Shown here: one piece after another, positions 1 to 12,350 of the stretch | Layout: every line of letters begins with the position of its first letter | How positions within the stretch are numbered: position 1 is the first letter of the stretch | NCBI RefSeq assembly: GCF_016433145.1 | Contig: NC_058132.1 | Location: 89,362,114-89,426,113, forward strand | DNA from: Gracilinanus agilis | Taxonomy: Eukaryota | Length of the DNA stretch: 64,000 nt | Direction: 5' to 3' | Program-made: the position numbers and the translations under genes | Notes under the pieces: model-generated | The model's database searches: none | Told to the model about the DNA's origin: nothing | The model's input: the letters and a program-made list of their open reading frames with translations, nothing else

Positions 1-774
1 ATGTTTAAATTCAAAAAAAAATCCTAGGCATCTTCTGGTTGCATGCCCAAGAGACCTTTTGGAACATGGTTAAGATAGAAATATGTCTTTCATGACACCA
101 CTTGTGAAATTTATTTCAAATTCCTTACCTTTTCAAAGGGTGGGGATAGGAAGAAGAGAAAGAATTTGGGTTTCGATTTTAAAAAATGAATGTAATTTTT
201 CCCATATAATTTGGAAATGTTTAATGAAATGAATGAAATATATATTTAGAAGATTTCATATATAATGGAGGAAAAAAAACATCTTTTACTGATGCCTATT
301 TTCATATCATGTATGAAAAACAGCATCTTAAATAAAGGATAACAATATATCACCAAGACCCAAAGAAATTATTTGTACAGGGGAAAAAAGATTGCTACAC
401 TTCTACAATCAAAGATCCTTCTTCCTTGATGAGTTCACTCAGCCATTTCAGTCAGACTGTCCCAGTCCTCAAAAAGTAGAGAGACCTTTTAAATTAATTA
501 GTTCCAGTTATCATGGGGAAAATAATGGACATTGCATAAGGAACAAGGTATCCATAAAAGGAGGATAGTTAAAAAATTATGGTATTTGAATGCAACAATA
601 TAATGCTGTTCCATTCAAAGTAATGAGTAGAGGAATTTAGAGTGACTATTTAAGACTTGTAAGAACTGATTCAGAAGGAAGTCAATTTTGGAGAATTAAT
701 AAAAATTATTTTACATATCTACATATATGTATATGTGAGATAATTTTTGAATTGACAGAATGTTTGTTTGACCT

Positions 775-935
775 TCATAGTAACTCAGTGAGGCAGGTAA
801 TATTATTATTTTCATTTTATACATGAGGAAGCCAAAGCAGAAAGGAGTTAAATGATTTGCCAAACATCACTCAGAAAGTAAGTGACTGCAGCTGGATTTG
901 AACACGATCTTCCTCACATCTAGATCCACTGAACC
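775..935 (-). mobile_element. MIR-type SINE (representative of many copies)
   Basis: CORE motif ATTTTATACATGAGGAAGCC...GATTTGAAC. Further MIR/MIR3 copies at ~3230-3415, 7110-7300, 19400-19520, 19700-19870, 20330-20530, 20780-21000, 28020-28215, 35225-35470, 36720-36880, 45160-45380, 46200-46350, 47090-47270, 53320-53540 and 57790-57930. Confidence 0.7.
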
Positions 936-2547
936 ACTTGGATGTACATTATGTATATGTGCATTTATATACATTTATGTATATATCTATACGCATATGC
1001 ATGTTTTAATGTCCATATGTATGAGTTTGTATAGTATGTATATATGGAAATATATATGTACACATATAATACAGTCCTAAGTATATGACTAAAATAATAT
1101 AGCCAAAAACAACACTTAAAGAAAACCTACAACTGATTAATTATGAGTATTAATCTTACTACTGAAAAATGGATATTGAAGCACAGTATTCTCTTCATAA
1201 AGAGAAAGGCAATGATACAGATTGAACATCCTGCCAGATGCTGTTTTCTCTTCCTCCCCTTAATTTTGTTTAAATACTTGTTCTTTTTGTTGTTTTTATT
1301 TTTTCCTAGAAATGTCTCTCCTCATATTATATCCCCAAGGAGATGACAGCAAAAACAGATACACATAGAATCATAGGCATAAAATACTCAGGAATTTTAT
1401 TTTATTTTAAAAAATAAAAAAAATCTGTGCCCAACAACTAAATAATGACTAAACAATTTGTAATAAATAAAGATGATGGATAATTATAGAGTAACAGAAA
1501 AAAGTGAGAAAAAATCCAAGAAAAAATGTAACCTATAGAATAAAGAAACAAAGACTAAAATAAACTTTAATGATAAGAACCTCAAAATAATTAGTATGGA
1601 AAGATATTAAAATTCAAGTCAAACATAAAGTTCAATGTTAATCCACATGTGTAAAGTTCAAAAGACACATCCCTCTTTTTATTAGCAATGAAATAGTTTG
1701 TTTTCAGGTGGGGAAATTTCATTGAAAATCGTTGATATATTTTATTGTGACATTTATTTCTGAATATAGTCTTGCATGGTAGATAGTACTGGGTAACAGA
1801 TATTTTTTTAAAGTTCAGGAAAAAGAATCACTACATCTATCATACTGACAGGTTACAGCAGATGAAATATACTCTGTAAGTAGTTTATGTTACCATATTT
1901 TTAAAGTTTTTGCAGTTTCAGATCAAAGTATACTTGTCTTTCTGTCTATTAACATATTTTCTATGTATCACTATCTACATATTTATGTATATTAGAGAAA
2001 ATGAGGAAACTCTCTACTGGGGCAGACCATGTCATCATTGGACAACTAGTTATAAGGAAGTTATTTTTTCCTTAAATTTATTTAAAATTCATCTCCTCCA
2101 ATCATCAATCTTAGGCCTTCCCTCTGAGACTAAGTAAAATAGGTTTATAGAATATACATAAGTTTCTGATCTGGATTTTAAAAAGGATTTAATCAAAGAC
2201 CCCTACATAGAAATTGTTCATGTAGTCACAGGATAGCAATTTATGTTTCTGCTATTTACCTTTACTAAATACATCAATAAACCTTTCTCTGATTCTAAGA
2301 CTCATCAGTGAGAGCTGTTATTGCTTCCCTACCTACTTCAAAATATGACATTTTATTATATGACTTACTCTATAAGAACTATGTGAGGTTAATGTAGGGT
2401 CTAGTTCTCATGACATCTACAAATACTTGAATAACAGTTATGTGATGTTGAGAAAATTCTGCTTCTTGTTCCCAAAGAAAGAGATGCAATAGCCCATGCC
2501 TATTGGCCTCTTGGTAAGAGGGAATCTCTGGAGAAAATGGAAGGAGA

Positions 2548-2550
<3 letters not shown>

Positions 2551-2602
<52 letters not shown>
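2551..2602. repeat. (TG)26 microsatellite
   Basis: Directly visible perfect repeat. Confidence 0.98.
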
Positions 2603-2604
<2 letters not shown>

Positions 2605-2942
2605 GAGGGAAGAGTTCCCTTGTGACTTCTCAGAGACTTAAGAGCTTGTGAAATAAGGAGAATGAAAATTCCTTATCCATTGCCACAGCACAAATTCTCT
2701 ATTATTGTTTGTGAGTCACCAAAGATGGCAATGGAGAAGAGATCTTTTAAAGATATAGCCTCTTTCACCTCAGCCTCAGACAAATCTAGGAAGCCAGATG
2801 TGAAGAGGTAAGTGGTTTTAATTCAGGGCTGGTAGAGCTACAGATGGATAAAGGAGCCAAGGTTTGCCTAATGCTCTAGCCACAGTGCTACCTAATTGTC
2901 CCTCATGATAACCCTTTTCAAATATTTTTAGATTTTTTATTC

Positions 2943-3129
2943 TTTTTTTTTTAAACCCTTAACTTTCGGTGTATTGTCTCATAGGTGGAAGAGTGGTAAG
3001 GGTGGGCAAAGGGGGTCAAGTGACTTGCCCAGGGTCACACAGCTGGGAAGTGTCTGAGGCCGGATTTGAACCTAGGACCTCCAGTCTCTAGGCCTGACTC
3101 TCACTCCACTGAGCTACCCAGCTGCCCCC
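2943..3129 (-). mobile_element. Young opossum CORE-SINE (SINE1_Mdo-like)
   Basis: Head GGGGCAGCTGGGTAGCTCAGTGGA and AAGGGTTTAAAA tail on -; 21-bp TSD CCCTTTTCAAATATTTTTAGA (2912-2932, 3130-3150). Confidence 0.9.
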
Positions 3130-4023
3130 CCCTTTTCAAATATTTTTAGAATCACTAAAATTTAGTCTTTCAACACTGTCTAATAAAAATCACTTCTACA
3201 AATGGGGTAACGTCATAAGGGAAATAAGAGAATTAAACTTGGAATCAGCAGATATAGATCTGACTATCAAATCTGATTCTAATAATGGTGAAATGTTGAG
3301 TTAATTTCTTACTATGATCCCCTTTCCTCATTTGTGAAAGGTAGAGCAAAATGTGTACGATATCCTTCAAATAGATATGAGGAAAATACTTTGGACATTA
3401 TATATCACTATAGGAATGGACTAGTTGTTAGCCAATGAGTCAGTCAATGAACATTTAATAAATGTCTTCTGTATTCCAGGCACTTTCCTAAGCACTGCTC
3501 ACATATTATCTCATTTGATACCAGGAACATTTGGAGACAAATTTTCCCCCAAGTAGAAGTGAAAACAAGCCTCACAGGACAAAATGGAATTAGAGAGTTA
3601 AGAATATGTAATAATATTAAATCGTTGGCATAAATCCTGCCCAAATAGCTCATTCACTTCCCACACAAGTACAGGGATCCTTAGCTAGAGGACATAGTTT
3701 TAAGGTGTGTGAGCAAGAATTAAATTTTTAAATAATCATACTCAGCTCTTCTTTGCTTCTGCTAGAGATTCAAAATAGGTCTTTTCTATTTTTAATATTT
3801 CAGAGATGAAGACAGAAGTTACAAATGTTTTAAATATAGATCAACTCTAAAAATGATTTAAAAACAAAACAAACAAAAATCTTAGCACAATTTAATTGAA
3901 TCTTAATCTCAACATGATTTGAGCCTTTTCCAATAAAGACTATTTTTATCCTAATCATAGGATTGATTCTGGTCTAGATGAGAGACTTTGGACTGTTTAA
4001 ATATCTTCCTTTTTATTTTAGAG

Positions 4024-4217
4024 CAGTGATTCCCAAAGTGGGCACTACTGCTCCCTAGTGGGTGCTGCAGTAATCCAGGTGAGGATGGTGATGGCCACAG
4101 GTACATTTATCTTTCCTGTTAATTGCTATTAAAATTTTAAAAAATAATTTCCAGGGAGCTAAGTAATATTTTTTTCTGGAAAGGGGGCGGTAGGCCAAAA
4201 AAGTTTGGGAACCACTG
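4024..4217. mobile_element. Non-autonomous hAT-Charlie-type MITE (194 bp)
   Basis: TIRs CAGTGATTCCCAAA / TTTGGGAACCACTG and an exact 8-bp TSD TTTTAGAG (4016-4023, 4218-4225). Confidence 0.9.
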
Positions 4218-4365
4218 TTTTAGAGGGTTTGACTTCCATAAATAATTGTCACTGAACTAATTTCTTCTCTTCTAGACCCCAGAAATAAAGATTTCACAGT
4301 GGTCTTGTGTTTTCAGGGTATTTATGACAGCTAAGACACAGTAAAGAAAATTTAAGACACTCAAC

Positions 4366-5310
4366 ATGTCAACTATCAATAAGACTAGTGTGTATCCCAC
4401 TAGCTTCTTCCTCCTTGGCATCCCCGGTCTGGAAACTGCCCACATTTGGATCTCCATCCCCTTCTGCCTAGTATATATTATGGCTGTGCTGGGAAATAGT
4501 ATCCTTCTATTCATCATCAAATCGGACCAGAGTCTACATGAACCCATGTACCTCTTTCTCTCCATGCTCTCAGTGGCAGACTTGATTCTCACCACCACAA
4601 CCCTACCCAAGATCCTTAGCCTCTTCTGGTTCAATGATAGCGAGATAAGTTTTGATGCTTGTCTTACCCAAATGTATTTTATTCATTCTCTGTCCACTAT
4701 GGAGTCTGGATTCATCTTGACCATGGCTTTTGATCGCTATGTGGCTATTTGCAACCCCCTTAGACACTCCACGATTCTGACCCACACAGTTATTGGAAGC
4801 CTAGGCTTGGCCATTGTCTTCCGTGGAGCTCTGTTGCTCAGTCCTCATCCATTTCTACTGCGGTGGCTCCCCTACTGCAGGACAACCATCATCTCCCACA
4901 CATACTGTGAATTCATGGCCCTGATCAAGCTGGTCTGTGCCCCAACCAGAATCCGAAAAGCTTATAGCTTAATTGTCGCCTTTCTTACAGGTGGTATGGA
5001 CTTCATATTGATCATGTGCTCTTATGTCCTCATACTTCGTGTTGTATTTAACATGCCCTCTAATGACGCAAGGCTCAAGACCTTGGGTACCTGTGGTTCC
5101 CATGTGAGGGTAATTTTGGCTTTCTATACTCCTGCCTTCTTCTCCTTCCTTACACACAGGTTTGGACATCACATTGCTCCCCATGTCCATATTTTTGTGG
5201 CAAATATTTACCTTCTTATCCCACCTATGGTGAACCCCATCATTTATGGAATAAAAACCAAACGCATCCGAGAAAAGTTCCTCAAAGTATTTGTAGTAAA
5301 AAATGTCTAA
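4366..5310 (+). CDS. Olfactory receptor, class I, family 52, intact, 314 aa
   Basis: Single-exon ORF with [53 protein letters not shown] and PPMVNPIIYGIKTK; N-terminal N-K-T sequon; AATAAA at 5381-5386. Confidence 0.96.
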   Translation: MSTINKTSVYPTSFFLLGIPGLETAHIWISIPFCLVYIMAVLGNSILLFIIKSDQSLHEPMYLFLSMLSVADLILTTTTLPKILSLFWFNDSEISFDACLTQMYFIHSLSTMESGFILTMAFDRYVAICNPLRHSTILTHTVIGSLGLAIVFRGALLLSPHPFLLRWLPYCRTTIISHTYCEFMALIKLVCAPTRIRKAYSLIVAFLTGGMDFILIMCSYVLILRVVFNMPSNDARLKTLGTCGSHVRVILAFYTPAFFSFLTHRFGHHIAPHVHIFVANIYLLIPPMVNPIIYGIKTKRIREKFLKVFVVKNV

Positions 5311-7956
5311 GCATAGAAATGGATGAGACCTCCTAAATGAGTTATTTCTAAAAGTGAGGTACCAGTATCAGAGCAGAACCAATAAAACAGGAACTTTAGT
5401 TTCACCTTTTGTGGGTTAAAGATTATTTAAAGTAAAAGTAAATCTGGCTGAGTTGCACAAATAAACATGCTCAGACAGCATTGATGATGGCAATTATGGT
5501 GACTGAGACATTCTTCCTGGGTAAATAATGTATGAAAAAGGAAACTCAAACATAGAAGTTGTCTTTATTCTATGTTTTTTTATGGTGGAGCTTTCTTAAG
5601 AATGATGTATACAAACTCTTATAGCAGTGATACAAAGATTTCAAGGCAAAAATTAAATGTTCTTCCAGGCTCCAAAATTGTCTCCTTGAAATTTAATCTG
5701 AGGAAGGCCTTCAGGAACAACTCCTGCTTGGATAGAATAATGCTGCCCATCTACATCTCTCTGATACTGTAGTAGTTCTCTTTTTCATAGAAATTGGAAG
5801 TAATACAAAGAATGGGCATAGAATATGCACATCCATAGGAAAGATAGAAAATGAGAACTTGATTTATAATCAAAAGATTCAAATTTGTATCCTGGTTCTG
5901 GTATGTTTTAACTTTATTTCTCTTTGACTCTCAGTTTCTTTATAAAATGTGTAAGCAATGTTATTTATCTATTAGGACAAAACTACTTTGTAATTTATAA
6001 AATATTACATAAACATAAGCTTTTAGTACTGTTTTTGACATATGATCGCAATGATGAATTTCTTTATCAATATTATTATTAGTGGTGGTAGTGGTGGCAT
6101 TAGGAGGAATGTTGCCATTTTTATTATCCTGGCACATTTTTAGGGATGCAAAATGAGAAGGACATTGTGAAATGGAGCATTTAATCCCAGTCTCTCTTTA
6201 ATATGTGTATATTCTTCTCCTTAATTATGTTTTTTCCTAGAGTTTCTCTCCTTGGATGTTTTCCTTCCTAAGCATTATCTCTTATGGCAGGTTCCTAACT
6301 TGGGGCTTCCATGAGAGCCAGAGAAATAGGAAGAATGGTGTTTTCTTGATTTTACCCTGACAGCTAAGTTGGGATATCTGAGTGGAGGAGATTTGGAAAG
6401 GAGTATGTCAGTAACTCCAATAGGTCTGTAAAGGGAGTTTCCTTTTATATCTTAAAAAAACAAACACATACATACACCTTACCTTCCATCTTAGAATCAA
6501 CATTAAATATTGGTCCCAGGCCTTAAAAGCAGTAATGGCTAGAAAATGAAAGTGAAATGACTTGCCCAAGGTCAATAGCTAGCAAGTGTCTGAGGGGAAG
6601 ATTTGAACATAAGACCGCCAATATCAAAGTATTACCATTCATAATAAATCTGATTAAGCCAAATAACAGCTTTTATTTTATCTTATTTTATTTTTATTTT
6701 GAATATTTTTCCATAGTTACATATTTCCTGTTCTTAACCCCCTTAGCCAATGCACAATTCCACTGGGTTTTACATGAAATAACAGCTTTTAAATGAACAT
6801 AAGATAATCATTCCAGAATCAAAAACATAAGACAATCCATCATGTATCATTGGCTTCTTTTGACACAGTTTTCCTGTTCTAGCCTCTTCTTTCTTTCTTT
6901 TTCTGGTGTTAGGAATGCATGGAACATAGACTCAACATCTGATCTTGAATATTTGGGCTTATAGAAACCCAAGCAACAAATTTGCCCCCAAAGCCTGCTA
7001 TTTTTCAGACATAACTCCCAATTAAGTTCAGAGACCATTTCTATAGTACAAAATCAATGTTGTCTTCTACAGTTGACATTCCTGTGCTTTTTTAGACAAT
7101 TCAGTAATGGCTTAAAGTGTAAATATGGCGTCTTAGAAAAACTGCTGGATGTGGATGCAGGAATACCTGGGTTTGAATCTCTGCCAAACTCACACACAAA
7201 CCATGCCACCCTAAGTCAGTCACTAAACCTCTCTGTACCTCAATTCCTTCTTTTGAAAATTAAGGATGATAGATTTAATGACCTAAAATTTCTTTTCTGG
7301 CTCTTAATCTGTTATCCCCTAACCACAAAGAGGAATACCAGACAGAAGATATGGGTACTACCGCATGCTCTCATACTAATTGATTGTGATTATTTGCAAG
7401 TCATTTGACCTCTCTGATCCCTAATATTTGGTTTTGTAAACATTTCTTATAGGATTGTAATTAGCTTTAAATATAATTAATAATATGAAAGCATTTGAAA
7501 ATAAAGTGCCACATAAATCACTAGAAGCAGAAAGCTCAGAGAATCAAACACAGAGAAATACAGAAAAATTCCCAAAATAAATTCTTAGCTAGCACCACAT
7601 ATACTCTAAGAAGAGCTGTGAAATTCCAAAGAATGCAGCACTTTGAGTTGCTGAATAATTACTGAGAGTATTGAAATTATTATTGGAACTATGGATTCCA
7701 CTTGCCTGAACATAAAGCTATCAAAGATTTAAAACAGTATAACAACCAACAAAAATGAAATAAAGATGCAGCTAAAAGAGGAAGATATTTAGATTGTTCT
7801 AGTCTAGGAATCGAGCATGAAGTAAGTATTGGAATTTCTTCAGGATAAAGGTAAATGGGGGGAATATGTTGTCCTGAAACATTTAGACTGTAATGGTTCA
7901 TAACCAAATGATCAGTTTTAAGATCTGGGGATAATTATTACTTCTTGTTGGTTTAT

Positions 7957-8431
7957 TGTGTGAATTTAATATAAATTGTACCTGTCATTCCTTTTGAAAA
8001 TCCAAATTGGTCGACATATCAGCCTTACCCCTTGATTGGGCACTTGTGCATACTACAGGAGTTCATCAGAGACCTCTTGGCTCCCTGGCCTTTTGGAAGA
8101 AGTTGTCTCCTTGTCTCCTGTGACTCTTAGCATCCAAAGGAATTGGTTCTCCTCTGGACTGAGGTCAAATCTGTCCAACTAGAGAGACCCAGAAGTGTGA
8201 TATTAATAGCTATGTAAGAGAATGGCTTTGTGAGGAAGAGATGAGGTCTTTTGGGGGTTTTCAGTTCTTGATGCTCTTGGACTTGAGACCTCTGATGGTA
8301 CAGGTGCTTTGGGCTAGTGAACAGAGACAAATGTGGCAAACTGAGATTCCTTAGACTCTCTCTTACTGCAACTTATATTAATAAATAATTATGAATTAAC
8401 ATATAGTCTCCAGAGAATTTTAATCATAACA
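7957..8431 (+). repeat. 5' LTR of the ERV
   Basis: TG...CA termini, AATAAA at 8380-8385, followed by a degenerate PBS-like TGGCAGCCAC at 8435-8444 (tRNA identity not assignable). Confidence 0.8.
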
Positions 8432-9009
8432 ATATGGCAGCCACAAAATTTGAAGACAAAATCTCTCTTGTCTTTTTTTCTGTTTATGTTTGTCATATAA
8501 AAATGATTTTCATCTAGAGTAGAAAAATTTTCATATAAGTTCCAGGTTCCTGAGAAGATGAAATCATCAAGAGGAAACATTGGGTAAGATAAATAATTTT
8601 TTCACATATATGTACCAGTTATTTTTAGGGTCTTTCTCTTTGGTTGGGGAGTGCTGCAATAATAAGTTGAGAGAGTAATAAAATAAGCAAGATACCCAGA
8701 CAATGAAGTTGGAAATGTGAAAGGTCTTTAATGTAGCCTGAAAGATAGAGGAATAAGAAAGAGATGACTTTCAATTTTATCTCCACTCTTTCTTTAAAAT
8801 TAAACATTGCTCAGGAAGTTCAATCAAACCATGAAGCCTCTTCAGAGAGCTCTAAGGGGGAGATTAAAAAGAGTTTTCCCTTCTTTTTGTAAGGGTTTTA
8901 GTTTGAAAATAGGAAATACTCAGAGAATATGAAGTGGAAATCTTTTACATAAATTGGTTATCTGCTGGAAAAGAAAAAAATTCTGATTAAGTCAGCCTTG
9001 ACAAGAAAA

Positions 9010-9460
9010 GAAACCAGTAATTTTTGCAAATTTTGGTTTCATAGTGTTTTCATCTGGCCTAGACATAGGTCTTTTTTATTTTAAGATGTTAAAAGAGTTA
9101 AAATTAGCTATTGGAAACAATAACCCCAAAGAATTAGATTACTGTTACATTTGGGTCATACTCCTTGATGACTCTACTAAGTTTCAACCAAGGAACCAAG
9201 TTTCTCATCCTTCTCATCTGGCCTTTCTGTCAGTATCTGAGGCTGTTCAGCAATCTATTCCTTCTTCCCTCTTTTCAGGTACCCTCTCTGATTCTTCCTC
9301 TTAGCCAATTCCTCCTTCCCTTTTTTCAGGGACTCTCCCCAAAGTTTCCTTTGCTCCTCCCTCCTCTACATACTCTGTTCACTGTACCCTTGCACAGACC
9401 AGTACTCTTGATTTCTTTTTGCCAGCACTCCACACCCACCATTTCTCTACCTCCCAATGC
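9010..9460 (+). pseudogene. gag: ERV gag matrix remnant and pyrimidine/proline-rich p12-like region
   Basis: Frameshifted peptides WPRH(R)SF and KMLKELKLAIGNNNPKELDYCYIW resemble the gamma-type MA motif WP..G(S/T)F....L...I...P....Y...W; followed by a C/T-rich stretch. Confidence 0.55.
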
Positions 9461-9464
9461 TTCC

Positions 9465-10738
9465 TTTGCTCTTCAGCTACCTGCAGACTTATCTATTGTT
9501 CATTGTTCTGCCCATACAGGTGGAACTGATTCTGTCTCTAGAGAAAATCTAGAGGAGACAGACACTTTTGTTAAGCTTGCTATCTTAGGAGGACCTGAAT
9601 TAATGTTAACTCTGGCGTCTAATAATGAACCAAAATTTCCTCTCTCTTATAATGAACAGGAAGTGAAGAAGTGGAAATATAGATTTAAAGCAAAGCAGAT
9701 TAATTGGGGCTTGGATGCATTAGAAGGAAAACCCCTACTTCCTAGAAGCTTCCGTTATCTATTATGTTTACCTGTTCATAGGAGTGGCTACTTTAGTACT
9801 CAGAGGATCATGGACTCCATTAAAATAATTTGGGTGGCCCCAGATATTACCAATATGTGTGTACCTCTTGTCCTACATGCCAGGCATACAATTTGCAAGC
9901 TTTCCATAAACCTTAGGGTTTTTAGTGGGTGTCCCCTGACTTACACACCTTTCGCACATTTATAAATGGATTTCATCAGTATGCATAAATCACTTGGACA
10001 TAAAAATATCAAATACACATTTTAAAGTTTGTCTTGTTATGATGGACACTAGTTGGAAAGAAGCCTTCCCTAATATTAATGCTGCCACAGCTTTTGTTAC
10101 TAAAATGCTATTAAGGGATACTGTTCTCCAATTTGACCCACCTGCATACATTGATTCAGGAATGGAGACTCATTTTACTGATTCTCATTTAATAGAAGTT
10201 CATTCTTGTTTGAGAATCTTTCTCAAAATCCATATATTCTACCATCCACAGATCAAGTTGAATATATGATTAGAGAACTTAAAAACATGATTGGCAAATT
10301 GCATACTGAGACTCACTTGATGTGGCCTGACGTTCTCCCTTTAACCCTATTTTACCTGAGCAACAGACCTAAGGGGAGAACTACATGTCACCATTTGAAA
10401 TGTTTTTTGAACATTCTTATATACAGGCTAAATTTTCCCCTGAATATACATCATTACTAGAGTGGGACATTTCTGTTGCTTCTTATATACAGGAATTATA
10501 CAAATTACATGGACCTCAAGACTCTGGGGCTACAGTCCAGGGTGGACCCTTGGATTTATCATTCCATAATCAATACCCAGGATACAAGGTATATGTAAAA
10601 ACCTTTCAGCAAATTGGAGGGACTCAGCCTACTTGGGAAGACCCTTTTCAAATGTTGTCAACTACTCTGACTGCCATCAAAACTGGAAAAAAAGACTTGG
10701 ATTCATTGCTTTTATGTAAAACCAGTACCATCTACTGA
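9465..10738 (+). pseudogene. pol: ERV pol remnant: RNase H C-terminus and integrase
   Basis: ALQLPADLSIVHCSAH...SRENLEETD (RNase H end); PFAHL*MDF (first catalytic D; the stop at 9963-9965 is probably CAA>TAA); WKEAFP, YIDSG.ETHFT, QVEYM, GKLHTETHLMWPDVLPL, SPFEMFF and PTWEDPF, spread over several frames. Confidence 0.9.
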
Positions 10739-10759
10739 CAACAATTAACTGTATCCTGT

Positions 10760-12350
10760 CATTTTGATTGTACATTATTGCTCATTTGTTTTTGGATTTG
10801 GTTTTGTATTCATTTTTATTCTTATATTTTTCTGATTAGGGAATTTATAGGTAAACCTAATTTATTTTACTCTGCTAAAAAGAAAGGCTACCCTCATTGG
10901 AACTATTTTGTTCTTAGCATTGTCATATTACATTTTCCTCTTTCATTCTCTCTTCTGTTCACTGGACTAAGGACAATACTAATATTAATATCCATAGACA
11001 AATAGGATAAACCCTACACCAAGGCAAGACCATTAGACCTTGTGGATGCTTGACTTGTCACAAGCGCCATTGGAGCTGTTTTATCATGGGCAACAATCCT
11101 AGCCCATACGAATGAGACTTTGCCACAACTTGTACCTAATGAGGGTCATATATTGCCAAAAAAGCCTTTTTCCCCTTTTGTTTTCGTTACATGTCTCATC
11201 AATAGTGACAGGTGGAGTCCATCTACATGGTCACAACCACTTTCATTGATCTTTGAGAGATTCACACAATTGCAAATCTTGGTTGATTTTAACATGTCAT
11301 CTAAGGGCATTCTCAGATCTGTGGGCACCGTACTTCCACTAACTGACCATATGCCCATCTTTGACTTGTGTGTTAAAAGAGGTAAGGTACCACTGAGTAG
11401 TAGATATATGGGTGACAATATGAATTGCAACCTCACTATTCCATTCCCTACCACAACATTTATCTGTGTTAAGGCAAAGCTCGGTAGCAAAAAGTATAGT
11501 TCACAAATACATATCTTTTGCAACTGTTAATGTGTCTTCTCAGCTGAAAACAGATTTCCTATGGAATTTGGTGACCTTTGGGAAATCCTATTTTTGTAGA
11601 ACTCTTTAGCTTACTCTTGTGCCCTGTGGGACCTGTGATTTGACCTGTATTGCCCCACCTGTGTCAGTGCGTAATATTTTTGGCTGGGTAGACAAGTCCA
11701 CGGCTAGGAATCTGGACACTTGACATACACAGAGTTAAGTATAACTCAGTGGCCAATTCATCAGCATCACAAAAATTTTTCTAGGCTGCTATATCCATTT
11801 TTTTGGATGATGACAGTACTAGATTCTATTAATAATATCTCTGCTGAGGTTGAGAAATTAGTTCACTATACAGTTTAAGACATCTCATGAACTTTTAAGG
11901 TTGTCTCCTTCCTCCAGAAGAAGAATGATTCCTTGACCAAGAGATTCATATAAAACCAGATAGTCTTTGATATGCTTACAGATATGCACTTCTGGGGGTA
12001 CCTGCAGTTTTATTAATCAAGTTTATTCATACATAAATAGATCAGACAAAATTATTACAAATGCCCATGATCTTCAAAGAATTTTGTATGATATTCAGCA
12101 ATTTTTTAAAGACCCATGTGATATTTTATGGTACATGGTGGAACCTATCATAGCTACAGGGTACAGGTTTATTGGCAACTGTGGACAAATGGGTCTTTTT
12201 AATCCCAGGAATTTGTATCCTTTTCAGACTTTTCCTTGGTTGCTCTATTAAAGTCTATGCCAAGATTTCACCAGGAGAAAAAAGTTATGTACATGCATTC
12301 TGAGTATCATGACTATGTTAGAGATATGATAGATCTAACTTTTAAGTAAT
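10760..12350 (+). pseudogene. env: ERV env remnant with gamma-type TM
   Basis: SU-like ORF 11120-11530 (DLCVKRG...YMGDNMNCNLT); heptad region NNISAEVEKLVHYT; decayed immunosuppressive domain I*NQIVFDMLT (~11948-11980) followed by GGTCSFINQ..SYIN. Multiple stops and frameshifts. Confidence 0.8.

Noticed and set aside
4272-5190. Antisense and alternative-frame ORFs overlapping the OR genes (also 23070-23288, 31610-31894, 32446-32691, 49797-50045, 50392-50625)
   Set aside because: Expected shadows of real coding sequence; no independent protein features.
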